The translations under genes were made by a program, and so were the position numbers. Shown here piece after piece: positions 16,564 through 28,668 of a stretch of DNA of 64,000 nucleotides. The notes under the pieces are model-generated. The model made no database searches and had not been told where the DNA came from. It worked only from the letters and a program-made list of their open reading frames with translations. Position 1 is the first letter of the stretch. Each line of letters starts with the position of its first letter. Origin of the DNA: Eledone cirrhosa (Eukaryota); the NCBI GenBank assembly GCA_964016885.1, contig OZ024740.1, positions 355,260,001 to 355,324,000 of the forward strand. The letters are read 5' to 3'.

Positions 16564-19005
16564 ATGGAAAAACAATATTTAGGAACCTCTTTAAAAAACA
16601 TACCAATACCTTCTAAGGATGACTTCTTACTCCTTATGATTCAAAAAACTAATAATTTTATCAGAAGGGTTAGATGGAGAGCCTACCACTTCGATAGAAA
16701 ATCTAAACAAGCAGATCGGAAATATATGTATGATTTCAATACTTACAAGAATCCACCACACAACTTTTTACTTGAAGACTTCGAGAAAGACCTTTTTAAT
16801 TTAATTAAACACCTCAAATTTAAAAAGTATAAATCCGTCTTTCAAAAGGACCTTGATTCTACCCTATTGGACCTAAAAAAGTCTAAAAAAATCCATGTCC
16901 ACTCGGACAAAACTGGTAACTTGTATCATATGGATATTGAACATTATAACGAGTTCATATATAAAGAACTCAGAAAAAATTATAAAAAATCTAATAATGC
17001 GTCACTCACCAACATCAACAACAAAACACACAACATAGTAAAAAAACTAAACATTGAAGATAGAACTGAACCTTTGGCATTGAAAAGACCACACTTCAAC
17101 CTGAAGGATCATAAATCAAACTTTAACTCAAATCCTTCTATTAGACTTATATGTCCCTCCAAATCAGATATTGGAATAATTAGCAAAAAAATTTTAGATA
17201 GAGTCATCCCACAAATAAGAAAACACGTTATTTTACCACTCTGGGAAAACACCTCCCAGGTAATTAACTGGTTTAAAAATATTAGATGTAAATCTTCTGC
17301 TTCATTTCTACAATTTGATATAGATAATTACTATTCTTCTATATCACCTATACTCCTGAACAAAGCATTGATATTTGCTAAAAATAGATCTAACTTAACT
17401 TTGGATGACATTAATATTATTACACATGCTAGACTAACACTTATTGAATTTCAGAATGAATACTGGACCAGAAACACATATAGTAATCTATTTGATATTA
17501 CTATGGGTTCAAGCGATTCCGCCCAAATTACTGATCTTGTGGGCCTCTTTCTCCTTTTCAACATAAATGCCTCTTTTCCCCACCTCAAAGGTGGTTTATA
17601 TCGTGATGACTGTCTTCTTCTTTCTAACAACCTTAGCCTTTCAGAAATTGAAAAAAACAAAAAACATATTAGAACTTTCCTTAAAGACTATTATAATCTT
17701 AATATTACTTTTGAAAAAACAAGTAAAGTAGTAAATTTCCTAGATATAACTTTAGATTTAGCTACGGGTATCTACCAACCTTACCATAAACCTAACCAAA
17801 ACTTACATTACATACACTCACAATCTAATCACCCTAAATCTATCCTTAAAAACCTTGCATATAATATATCACTTAGAATTTCTAACCTTTCTTCTAACCA
17901 AGATGTATTTGATAAAAATGCGACCTTCTATAACGAAGCTCTAGATAGAAGTGGCCACAAAAATAGATTAGAATATATACCTTCTACTAAAAATACTGAA
18001 AGCATACAACCTAATATTACCAACAAACACCAAATGAAAAGTACACACCTAAATGCCACCCACACTATACCCCAAAATACCAAATCTTCTAATATAAAGT
18101 ATAGTAACTCTCAAAAAACTACTCATCATACAACTCTAATAAATATTAATAATAAAACTCCTAATAAAAAGGATAAAACACCTAAATCTACAAATATAAC
18201 TAAAAATGGTTGTGGTGAGATCATTAACATTAATCCTCCTAGTAAAAATCACGATACAACCTATAAAAATAATAAAAATAATAAACAACATAGAAACCGT
18301 AATAGACGGGTTACTTGGTATAATGCTCCATTTAATTTACAAATTAAGGATAATATTGCTAAAAAATTTTTTTATATCCTAGAGAAAAACTTCCCGCCAA
18401 ACCACAAATACCATCAAATCTTAAATAGGTCTACAGTTAAATTCTCATACTCTACAACAAATAACATAAAACAAAATATAAGTGCCTATAATGCATATAA
18501 ATGTAAGAAAACCATAAGTATACCACCAGTACATCAAATTAACCATAATATCTCCTCAAATACAGAATTAACGAAAGGATGTAACTGTAGAAACAAAGCA
18601 AACTGCCCATTAAAAGGGAATTGTCTTGTTAACAACATAGTCTATAAATGTAATGTTAAAACTAAAGATTCTATTTGCTCATATATAGGAGCTACCTCTA
18701 ACAATTTTAAGACAAGGTTTAATACCCACAAGCATAGTTTTAAAAATGCCGCACTGGCTAATACAACATCTCTAGCAGAAAAAATCAATAGTTATAAAAA
18801 TAAGAATATAGAATATGATTTGACCTGGAGTGTGCTCAAAAGAGCCACCCCTTATCAAAATAATAGAAATGAATGTAGATTATGTTCCCAAGAACTATTT
18901 GAAATAATGAAATCTAAGGATATCTTATTAAATAAACGACAGGAATTAATTATATCGTGTAATCATAAACTAAAAAAAACATTTAAATATTATAAACCTA
19001 ATTAA
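16564..19005 (+). CDS. Penelope-like element protein: reverse transcriptase plus C-terminal GIY-YIG endonuclease, uninterrupted
   Basis: First ATG at 16564 within ORF 16543-19005. Motifs: SDKTGN, FDIDNYYSSI, MGS, GLYRDD, FLDI, CNCRNKANCPLKGNC, NIVYKC...YIG, CRLC, LLNKR. Confidence 0.95.
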   Translation: MEKQYLGTSLKNIPIPSKDDFLLLMIQKTNNFIRRVRWRAYHFDRKSKQADRKYMYDFNTYKNPPHNFLLEDFEKDLFNLIKHLKFKKYKSVFQKDLDSTLLDLKKSKKIHVHSDKTGNLYHMDIEHYNEFIYKELRKNYKKSNNASLTNINNKTHNIVKKLNIEDRTEPLALKRPHFNLKDHKSNFNSNPSIRLICPSKSDIGIISKKILDRVIPQIRKHVILPLWENTSQVINWFKNIRCKSSASFLQFDIDNYYSSISPILLNKALIFAKNRSNLTLDDINIITHARLTLIEFQNEYWTRNTYSNLFDITMGSSDSAQITDLVGLFLLFNINASFPHLKGGLYRDDCLLLSNNLSLSEIEKNKKHIRTFLKDYYNLNITFEKTSKVVNFLDITLDLATGIYQPYHKPNQNLHYIHSQSNHPKSILKNLAYNISLRISNLSSNQDVFDKNATFYNEALDRSGHKNRLEYIPSTKNTESIQPNITNKHQMKSTHLNATHTIPQNTKSSNIKYSNSQKTTHHTTLININNKTPNKKDKTPKSTNITKNGCGEIININPPSKNHDTTYKNNKNNKQHRNRNRRVTWYNAPFNLQIKDNIAKKFFYILEKNFPPNHKYHQILNRSTVKFSYSTTNNIKQNISAYNAYKCKKTISIPPVHQINHNISSNTELTKGCNCRNKANCPLKGNCLVNNIVYKCNVKTKDSICSYIGATSNNFKTRFNTHKHSFKNAALANTTSLAEKINSYKNKNIEYDLTWSVLKRATPYQNNRNECRLCSQELFEIMKSKDILLNKRQELIISCNHKLKKTFKYYKPN

Positions 19006-20332
19006 TAACATTATTTTAGAAATTAATTTAATTTAAATGTTGGTTAACCTATAAATTTAATTTAATTAACATTTTATTACAGATGAGAATATAAAATATT
19101 ATGTAATCATAAATTGTGAAAAACCTTTAAATATTACTAATATATACTTAGTAATTTAATTTATAGATTAATTTTAATTTATTTAAACCTTTTATTATAA
19201 TTCTTTTACAGATAAAATATAACAAAATATCGTGTATCCAATGACAGAGAAATAATTTTTAGTATTATAGACCTAATTAATATACATTTTAGAAATATAT
19301 TTATAATTTGGTTTTAATTTTAATCATCCTAAAAATTTAATTTAATTTGCTTAAAATTAGTATCCTTATACAGACGAATTGCAGAATGTCATGTAATCAT
19401 AGAATGGGATGTGTTTTGGATATATACCTAGTTAATATATTCTATGCAATTTTTTGAAAAAAATATGTATATGTATATGTGTATGTGTATGTGTGTGTGT
19501 GTGTATATGTGTATATATGTATATATATATGTGTATATATATGTATATATGTATGTGTATGTATATGTATATGTATGTGTATTAATTTTGATTTCTATTT
19601 GCATATAATTATATTCTGCTATTGATAAAATACAATATCTGTTTTATTTATTATATACCTAATTAACATATACTATAGAAATAAATATATAATTTTTAAT
19701 TTAGTTAACCTATAATTTATATTCTACTACCGATGTAATACTTTATTTGTTTTTTCCCTATTACTAAATTCATTTCCTAATATTGATACCATAACGTTAT
19801 TAACTTTAATTTAGTTATACTATAATTAATACTCTACTACTATTTAACTTCAAAATTCTGCTTCAAATATTATAAACCTAACTAATTTACACCTTAGAAA
19901 TCAATATGTTAACTATCTTTAGTTTAGTTAACATATAATTAATGGTATACTTATTTATTTTGAAATGCATAAATTTTGCCTTATTTCTTGTTTATTGTAT
20001 TTCCTAACACTGAAACTATGTAAAAACATACATTGGATCCAGATACGGATAATATTCTATGTTTCTTGAAACATATATTTACTATAATCCCCTTCTCCAA
20101 CCCCCCCCCCCCTTTCCCCCATACTATTATCATCTGTGTTTGTAAGCGTGTATGTATGAATATATATGTAGGTAGGTGTATATATGTTTGGGTATTTATA
20201 TCTGAATATAAAAATACATACATGCGCATGCAAATATGAATGTAAGATTGTGTGTGTATATATATGTGTGTGTGTATGTATGTGTATATGTGTATATATG
20301 CATGTGTATATGTGTGTGTATGTGTATGTGTG

Positions 20333-20403
<71 letters not shown>

Positions 20404-20599
20404 ATGTATGTATGTATATGTGTGTGTGTATATATATGTATGTCTCTCTATTTATATGTCTATCTTCGTATCTATGTGGATATATGTGTGTGTGTGCATG
20501 TATACACATATATGTGTTTATGTGTATATGTGTGTATGTGTATATATGTGTGTGTGCACACACATATATATGTGAGTGTGTATATGTGTCTGTGTATAT

Positions 20600-20633
<34 letters not shown>

Positions 20634-20672
20634 GTGTCTATGTGTGTATATATGTCTATATTCGTATGTGTG

Positions 20673-20723
<51 letters not shown>

Positions 20724-20942
20724 TATTTATTATTATAATATAACTTATGTGTATGTGTGTATATGTGAGGGTGTGTATATGTATATAATATGTGTATATA
20801 TATGTGTAAAAAAATATATATGTGCATGTCTGTTTTTTATGTGTGTGTATATATATATATATGTGTGTATATATATGTATATGTGGGTGTTTGTATGTGT
20901 ATTTATGGTGGTATGTGTGTATGGGTATATATATATATAAGT

Positions 20943-20984
<42 letters not shown>

Positions 20985-21311
20985 ATATATATCTCTATTA
21001 ATGCGTGTATATATGTATATGTATATGCCTTTTTCTTTGTATGTCTGAGTTGGGTGAGGTTGTAGTGGTGTTTCTATGTATATACGCATATATGGATGCG
21101 TATGTATTTGTATATATGAGTATATGTAAGTGCATATGTATGTATGATTATATATCTAATTCTATGTATGAATATATATGTGTGTATGTAAGTTGTGTGT
21201 GTATGTATGTATATGTCTATGTGTGTATATATATATGTATGTATGTGTGTGTATGTATCTATGTATGTGTATGTATGTACATATATGTCTATGTATGTGT
21301 GTATGTATATG

Positions 21312-21390
<79 letters not shown>

Positions 21391-21601
21391 TTATTATTTA
21401 TTTTTTATATATATGTGTGTGTGTGTATGTGTGTGTGTGTGTGTATATATATCTTTATATATGTGTATGTGTATGTTCGTGTAGGTGTATGTGTGTGTAT
21501 GACTTTATATGTATGTGTGTATGTGTGTATGTGTATATATATCTATGTGTGTGTACATGTATGTATGTGTATGTATGTGTATGTGTGTGTATGTGTATAT
21601 G

Positions 21602-21659
<58 letters not shown>

Positions 21660-21959
21660 TATCTATATGTTTTTCTATTTGTATATGTATATGTGTATAG
21701 GTATATACCTTTTTCTTTGTATGTCTGAGTTGTGTGATAGTGTAGTGGTGTTTGTATGTATATACCGATATATAGATGCGTAAGTATTTGTCTGTATGTA
21801 TGTATGTATGTCTGTATGTATTTGTGTGTATATATAGCTATGTATGTGTATATCTGTATGTATATAAGTATGTAAGTGTATGTATATGTGCGTGTATGTG
21901 TGTATATATATATGTGTCTATATAGTATGTGTGATTATATGTGTATGTATGTGTGTATG

Positions 21960-22004
<45 letters not shown>

Positions 22005-22152
22005 ATTTATATGTATGTGTGTATATGTATGTATGTGTGTATATGTATATGTTTATATATGTGTGTGTATGTATGTTCTTAGTGTGGATGTGTGTATATG
22101 TATGTATGTGTTTGTATATGTGTGTATATATATGTATGTGTGTATGTGTGTG

Positions 22153-22220
<68 letters not shown>

Positions 22221-23055
22221 CTTGATATATTTCTTTTTTCTTTTTTCTTTTTCTATTCTTTCCTTTTTAATGTTTATTTATTATTTATTATTTTTTATTT
22301 TCTTAGTTTATAGATACATCTATATTAAGCAGTCTGCCCGGACCGTTGAATACTGACCTCTCCCCCCCCTCCCACCTAATTTCTGTATCTTGATCTAAAT
22401 GTGTGTGCCAGTGTTTATGTGAGTGAATTAATATCCATGTGCTTATGATTTTATATCCACATATATATATGTGAGTGGGGGTGTGTGTGTGTTTGTATGT
22501 TCGTGGTTATGTGTATATTTATGCATATACGCGCGTGTATGTGTGATTGTACGGATATGTGTGAGTATGAAAATATATCTATACACTTATTTCATATTTG
22601 TGTGTCTATACGCATCTTATCTGTGCATTATAAACTTACAGAGACATTAACCTTGAAATTTTGTATTTGCATCCATCCTTTTAGTATGCGTATACAAGTT
22701 ATGCATACATTTTTGTAAAATATGTGTAGGGGTAGTTACATGTATATACACACACCGAACTGCATTAAACCTTTTGTATTTTCATTGGTCAATTTTGTTC
22801 CCAAACGGACCTGAAATTTTGAATTGTTGTTATTATCAATAAATATACTTCATTATTTCTGAAGACGGCGTATATATGTGTTGGTATGTATATTTAATCT
22901 TGATAGTTTGTATAATTTTGTATAATTTTGTACATAGATCTGTTGAATATGCATGCCAATTCTAACACATATATATCCTAGAAACGATCGTTAAATAATG
23001 AACTTTTTTTGTTTAATATAAGGAACTGTCTCATTGTTTATTCATTATTTGTTTA

Positions 23056-23064
<9 letters not shown>
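19006..23064 (+). repeat. PLE 3' UTR and downstream pLTR, microsatellite-rich, ending in (TA)n
   Basis: Matches the inverted copy (about 9854-14104) and, for 21667-23064, the upstream pLTR. Confidence 0.9.
22849..23002 (+). ncRNA. Type I hammerhead ribozyme, downstream pLTR copy
   Basis: Identical to 16061-16214 at offset 6788. Confidence 0.85.
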
Positions 23065-23132
<68 letters not shown>

Positions 23133-23444
23133 GCATATATATATGGTCACAGCATTTGATAATTGAGTTTTGCAAATAGTTATAAATTTTCACATAGCAT
23201 AACTAGGCTGTATAACCACCGTGGAAACATTTGTAAGCACACAGAATAAATTACCTTTGTATGATGTCTAGCTGTTATTATTCATTCTTTATCTACACTG
23301 CGGAATACAGAAGGATCAGGAACTGAGTCTCTTCAACTATTCTTCCATAACTCGTTGAGTAACCCCTCGCCGTACGTCAACTCTATCCAGTGTAGTAATT
23401 AACCATTACTGCCTCCAGGATAATCCTATATATATATATATACG

Positions 23445-23476
<32 letters not shown>

Positions 23477-23666
23477 ATGTAGGAGGTGAGTTTTATTGTA
23501 GTACAATAAAGCAATACAGATATCGGATAATATATATATATGTATATATATAAATGTATGTATATATATATATATATGTATATATATATGTATGTATGTA
23601 TATATATATGTATATATATATATGTATATATATATATGTATATATAAATATGTATATATATATATG

Positions 23667-23711
<45 letters not shown>

Positions 23712-23957
23712 GTATATATATGTATATATATATATGTAGGGGTGTTAGTAGGCGTCAGTCATCTTACCATCCCATTCCTTCTAACTAGCCTCTGTGTCAC
23801 GTGATTGATTCTTTAGAATCGGCCATTTGACCTGAAGCAGTGAGAATTTCGGTACATAGAATCCAGTCCTCGCCAGCTGTTCGATCTACCGAATTATTAT
23901 TATTTTTATATGAGCCGCCAGTGTCCGCGCATTGCCTGGAGACTTAACTGAGAATAG

Positions 23958-24039
23958 ACTCCCTGATGACGCAATGAATTCTCGACAGTTGGATTATGTA
24001 ACTGTCTTTATCCCATTGCAGAAACTAATTAGTTGGAGT
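23958..24039 (+). ncRNA. Type I hammerhead ribozyme in an isolated pLTR-like island, 51-nt stem II
   Basis: actcc-CTGATGA-c-gcaatg..gacagtt/aactgtc..cattgc-a-GAAAC-taatta-GTT-ggagt; island about 23737-24115 between (TA)n tracts. Confidence 0.8.
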
Positions 24040-24192
24040 GAAAATTTAAGTAAGTAAGTAAAAAAATTTTTTAAAATTTTTTTTAAAAGATATTTTCTTA
24101 TTTTACGTCTTTTATATGTATATATATATATATGTATATATATATATGTATATATATATGTATATATATATATATGTATGTATATATATATG

Positions 24193-24339
<147 letters not shown>

Positions 24340-24548
24340 ATATATATATATATATATTGGTAAACGGAATAGAAAATGCTGACAAATTGTTCACAGTTGA
24401 AAAATGGTTTAATTAGGAATAAAAGAGTATTAGTGATTGTATGGGTTAGTATTCAGTTGTGGTTTTAAGTTTTTAAGTTTTTACCGGTTGCGCATTTCTA
24501 AATGCTTTTCAAAAATAATTTTGAGATACAGTGTCCGTGTTGTTTGCT

Positions 24549-26055
24549 CGAGCAGTATTCTCATAAATTGCTACAAAGGTAAAGGGGATGCTTTGGAGAG
24601 GAGCAATTATAGGGGTATAAAACTGATAGATCAGGTTATGAAAGTGGCAGAAAGGATTTTAGCACAACTAATTAGAGAAAGGGTCAAACTAGATGAGATG
24701 CAGTTTGGTTTTGTGCCTGGGAAGAGTACAACAGATGCCCTCTTCTTGGTGAGACAAATGCAAGAGAGATTCTTAGAGAAGAATAAGCCACTATACTTAG
24801 CCTTTGTTGACCTAGAGAAGGCCTTTGATAGGGTACCCCTATCTGTCATCTGGTGGTCCCTAAGGAAGCTAGCTGTTGAGGAATGGCTTGTGAGGACAGT
24901 GCAAACTTTGTACAGAGGTACTCTCAGTAAAGTCAGGGTAGGAATGGAGTTTAGTGAGGAATTCCAGATACAAGTAGGAGTACATCAGGGTTCGGTCCTC
25001 AGCCCGCTCTTGTTCATTATAGTCCTCCAAGCCATAACAGAGGAGTTTAAGACTGGCTGTCCATGGGAACTTCTCTATGCTGACGATCTGGCTCTTATAG
25101 CAGAATCAGTAGAGGAGCTAGAGAATAAATTCCGGCTATGGAAACAGCAGTTGGAAGCAAGAGGACTGAGAGTGAATCTAGCTAAGACAAAAGTGTTGAT
25201 GAGTAGAAAAGAGGACAAAACCCTGATTCCGTCAGGGAAATGGCCATGTTCGATATGCAGAAAAGGAACTGGCATAAATTCTATAAAATGCACACAATGC
25301 AGGTCCTGGGTACACAAGAGATGTAGCGGGATAGCAGGCAAACTAACAGGTAGGGAGAAATATGTATGCAGTAGATGTACAGGGAAATTAGACAGTAGAA
25401 GTCGCACTGATAGACACATTTTTCAAATGCGAGAGGGCGCTATAGAAGTGGTGGATAGCTTCCGGTACCTAGGAGATCAGATTAGCATGGGAGGAGGGTG
25501 TTCCGAGGCCATAGTATCCAGAATAAGGATGGGTTGGAAGAAGTTTAGGGAGCTGCTTCCTCTGTTGACGAAGAAGGGTTTCTCCCTGCGTACGAAAGGC
25601 CGGTTGTATGATGCCTGTGTGAGGAGCGCGATGCTGCATGGTAGTGAGACATGGGCAGCAACCACAGAGGATATGCGACGGCTGGAGAGAAATGAGGCAA
25701 GCATGCTCCGTTGGATGTGCAGTGTAAATGTGCGTGAACGACCCAGCATAAATGTGTTGAGAGAGAAACTTGTGTCTGAGAGGGATAGAATGTAGTGTAC
25801 GGGAGAGGAGACTGAGGTGGTATGGACATGTGATGCGCATGGAGGATGACCGATGGGTGAAGAAGTGCCAGGAAATGCCAGTTGAAGGAAGACGTGGTAG
25901 AGGTAGACCACGAAAAACATGGGCGGAGGTGGTGAGAACAGACCTCAGATCATTGAAGCTCACGGCGGAGATGACGAGGGACCGTGACAAGTGGAGAGAT
26001 GCTGTGCTGAATAAGACCTGTCCCACCCTTGCAAGCAGGGAAAAGCGGACGTAAA

Positions 26056-26092
<37 letters not shown>
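24549..26092 (+). mobile_element. 5'-truncated RTE-type LINE with a Cys-rich PHD-like insert and (GAT)n tail
   Basis: NYRGIKL, QFGFVPGKST, FVDLEKAFD, GVHQGSVLSP, LLYADD, CSIC..CTQC..HKRC..CSRC, RLRWYGHV, RGRPRKTW; frameshift near 25770. Confidence 0.9.
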
Positions 26093-26093
<1 letters not shown>

Positions 26094-26153
26094 ATATATA
26101 TGTATATAGATATATATATATATATGTATATATATGTATATATATGTATATAA

Positions 26154-26185
<32 letters not shown>

Positions 26186-26899
26186 TATACATTTATATAT
26201 TTATACTCGGTGTTTTCCTTGAGTGCTACTAATATTTGTGACTAATCACAGCTTTTTTAAAAAAGACTGCGATGATATTGCTTATGCTGAAGTCCATATT
26301 TTTGTTGAGTTTTTTCGGAATGATTTGACCGTTGTTTCTTCTAAACTGCTATTTCATCTCATCCCGTCATCACTAGTTTGTGTTCACGTGTGTTTTGTTA
26401 TTTCATTTCTACACGCTGTTGCTTGCCTGCTTTTAACTCCCAGTGGATTATTTTTTTTCCCTTCGGTATTTTAGCAGTGATTATTTAGTTAATGTGTTGA
26501 GCACTACTGAAGATCGACTACAACCGTGACTAACCCCACTGAAAAGTTTCGTTGAATGGTCTTTTAAGACTATATAGTGCATTTGTAGTTTTCCCCAAAT
26601 TGACGGTTAAGTATTACTTGATTTTATTTTGAATTAAGATTGTATTACTTTTTCCCCAACTTACACAAAGTTTGATGACAAAGTTTTTTTTCTTGATTTG
26701 TTTTGAATTAGGATTGTATTACTTTTTTCCTTCATCTTACATTGAATATTTTTTCATCTTGATTGTATAGTCACTTATATACCTGAATTATTGTTGGCAT
26801 TTTGCTAACATTAATTTTATTTTCATTTATATATGTATATGTATATATATATGTATATATATATGTGTATATATAAATGTATATATGTATATGTATAAA

Positions 26900-26966
<67 letters not shown>

Positions 26967-27153
26967 ATATGTATATGTATATATATATGTATATATATAT
27001 ATATGTGTGTATATATATATGTGTGTATATATATATATATGTATATATATGTGTATATATATATATGTGTATATATATATGTATATATATATATATATGT
27101 GTGTATATATATGTGTATATATATATGTATATATATATGTATATGTATATATA

Positions 27154-27194
<41 letters not shown>

Positions 27195-27257
27195 ATATAT
27201 ATGTATATATATGTATATATCTTTATATCTATATGTATATATATATGTATATATATA

Positions 27258-27314
<57 letters not shown>

Positions 27315-27427
27315 ATGTATATGTATGTATATATATGCATATATATGTATGTAAGTATATGCATATATATGTATGTATGTATATGCATATATATGTATGT
27401 ATATGCATATATATGTATGTATGTATA

Positions 27428-27490
<63 letters not shown>

Positions 27491-27692
27491 ATGCATATAT
27501 ATATATATATGTATGTATATGCATATATATATATATATGTATGTATATGCATATATATATGTATATGTATATATAAAACCAGCATGCAAGAGTTTTAACG
27601 CAAAAACTATTTAACTAATAACAAATGTTTTGAAGATCCAAAACGGGGAAAGCAGGCTTTACACATGTTATAAGATGCTTTATATATCTATA

Positions 27693-27747
<55 letters not shown>

Positions 27748-27750
<3 letters not shown>

Positions 27751-27947
27751 GGAAAATGTGTGACCCTGACGGCAGAGCTCAAACCGTTTCGACGCCTATT
27801 TCTGGACGCAGTCCAGAAATCGCTGTCGAAAAGGCTTGAGCTCTGCCGTCGGGGTCATGCATTTTCCTATTACCCACTCTACTACCCTAAGTATTGAGTA
27901 CTCTGGTGCGTTATGGTCCATCTGGTTCCTTACCACAACTCCTTCGT

Positions 27948-27949
<2 letters not shown>
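27748..27949 (+). mobile_element. Foldback PLE pLTR relic: 60-bp arms plus 79-nt tail
   Basis: 27748-27807 is an imperfect reverse complement of 27811-27870; contains the 3' half of the HHR seen at 28431-28522; flanked by (TA)n. Confidence 0.75.
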
Positions 27950-27978
<29 letters not shown>

Positions 27979-28274
27979 ACTTAGAGTTTACACTCAATGG
28001 GGTCATTTACAATTATTTCAGCTCTAAGAATCGCTTCTGAGCTGAATAAATTAATATTTGATAAACATTTACATGTTTTAGTTGCAATTGACTAATAAAA
28101 TCGTTAGAATGAAATATCTTAAATGAAATATCTGTAAATGTTTATCAAATATATATATATATATATAAAGGGCACTTTTCGAACCCCTTTTTTTTAAAAA
28201 ATCATTTTCCTTATACAATGTGATCTGTATAGGACGTTTTCTAACGTCCACCCTATTTTTCACTATATATATAT

Positions 28275-28616
28275 ATAGGAAAATGTTCAAGACCCCGACG
28301 GCAGAGCTCAAGCCATTTCGACGACTATTTCTGGATTAAATTAGATTTTAAGCGTGGTAGTAAATAGCCGAACTTTTCAAGGGGTAATTCCCTATGTGGG
28401 CGTGCGATGATGATGCATTTCTAGGAATTTCCCCTTGAAAAGTTCGGCTATTTACTAACACGCTAAAAATCTAATTTAGTCCAGAAATAGTTGTCGAAAC
28501 GGCTTGAGATCTGCCGTCGGGGTCTTGAATATTTTCCTATTACCCACTCTACTACCCAAAGTATTGAGTACTCTGGTGCGTTATGGTCCACCTGGTTCCT
28601 TACCACACTTCCTTCG

Positions 28617-28619
<3 letters not shown>
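28275..28619 (+). mobile_element. Foldback PLE pLTR relic: 117-bp arms plus 79-nt tail
   Basis: 28275-28391 pairs with 28424-28540; same family and same ends as 27748-27949. Confidence 0.8.
28431..28522 (+). ncRNA. Type I hammerhead with U3-A8 core variant (mirror copy on the minus strand at 28292-28385)
   Basis: cccc-TTGAAAA-g..cggctattt..aaatagttg..c-GAA-ACGGC-ttgagatct-GCCGT-C-gggg. Confidence 0.7.

Positions 28620-28668
<49 letters not shown>

Noticed and set aside
16543-19005. Telomerase, bacterial retron/group II RT, or selenocysteine-recoded PLE
   Set aside because: The C-terminal GIY-YIG and pLTR/HHR context identify a PLE, and there are no in-frame TGA codons.
26501-26580. Hammerhead-like gcacta-CTGAAGA...tagtgc
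   Set aside because: The GAAA and UH elements are missing or garbled; at best a decayed relic.
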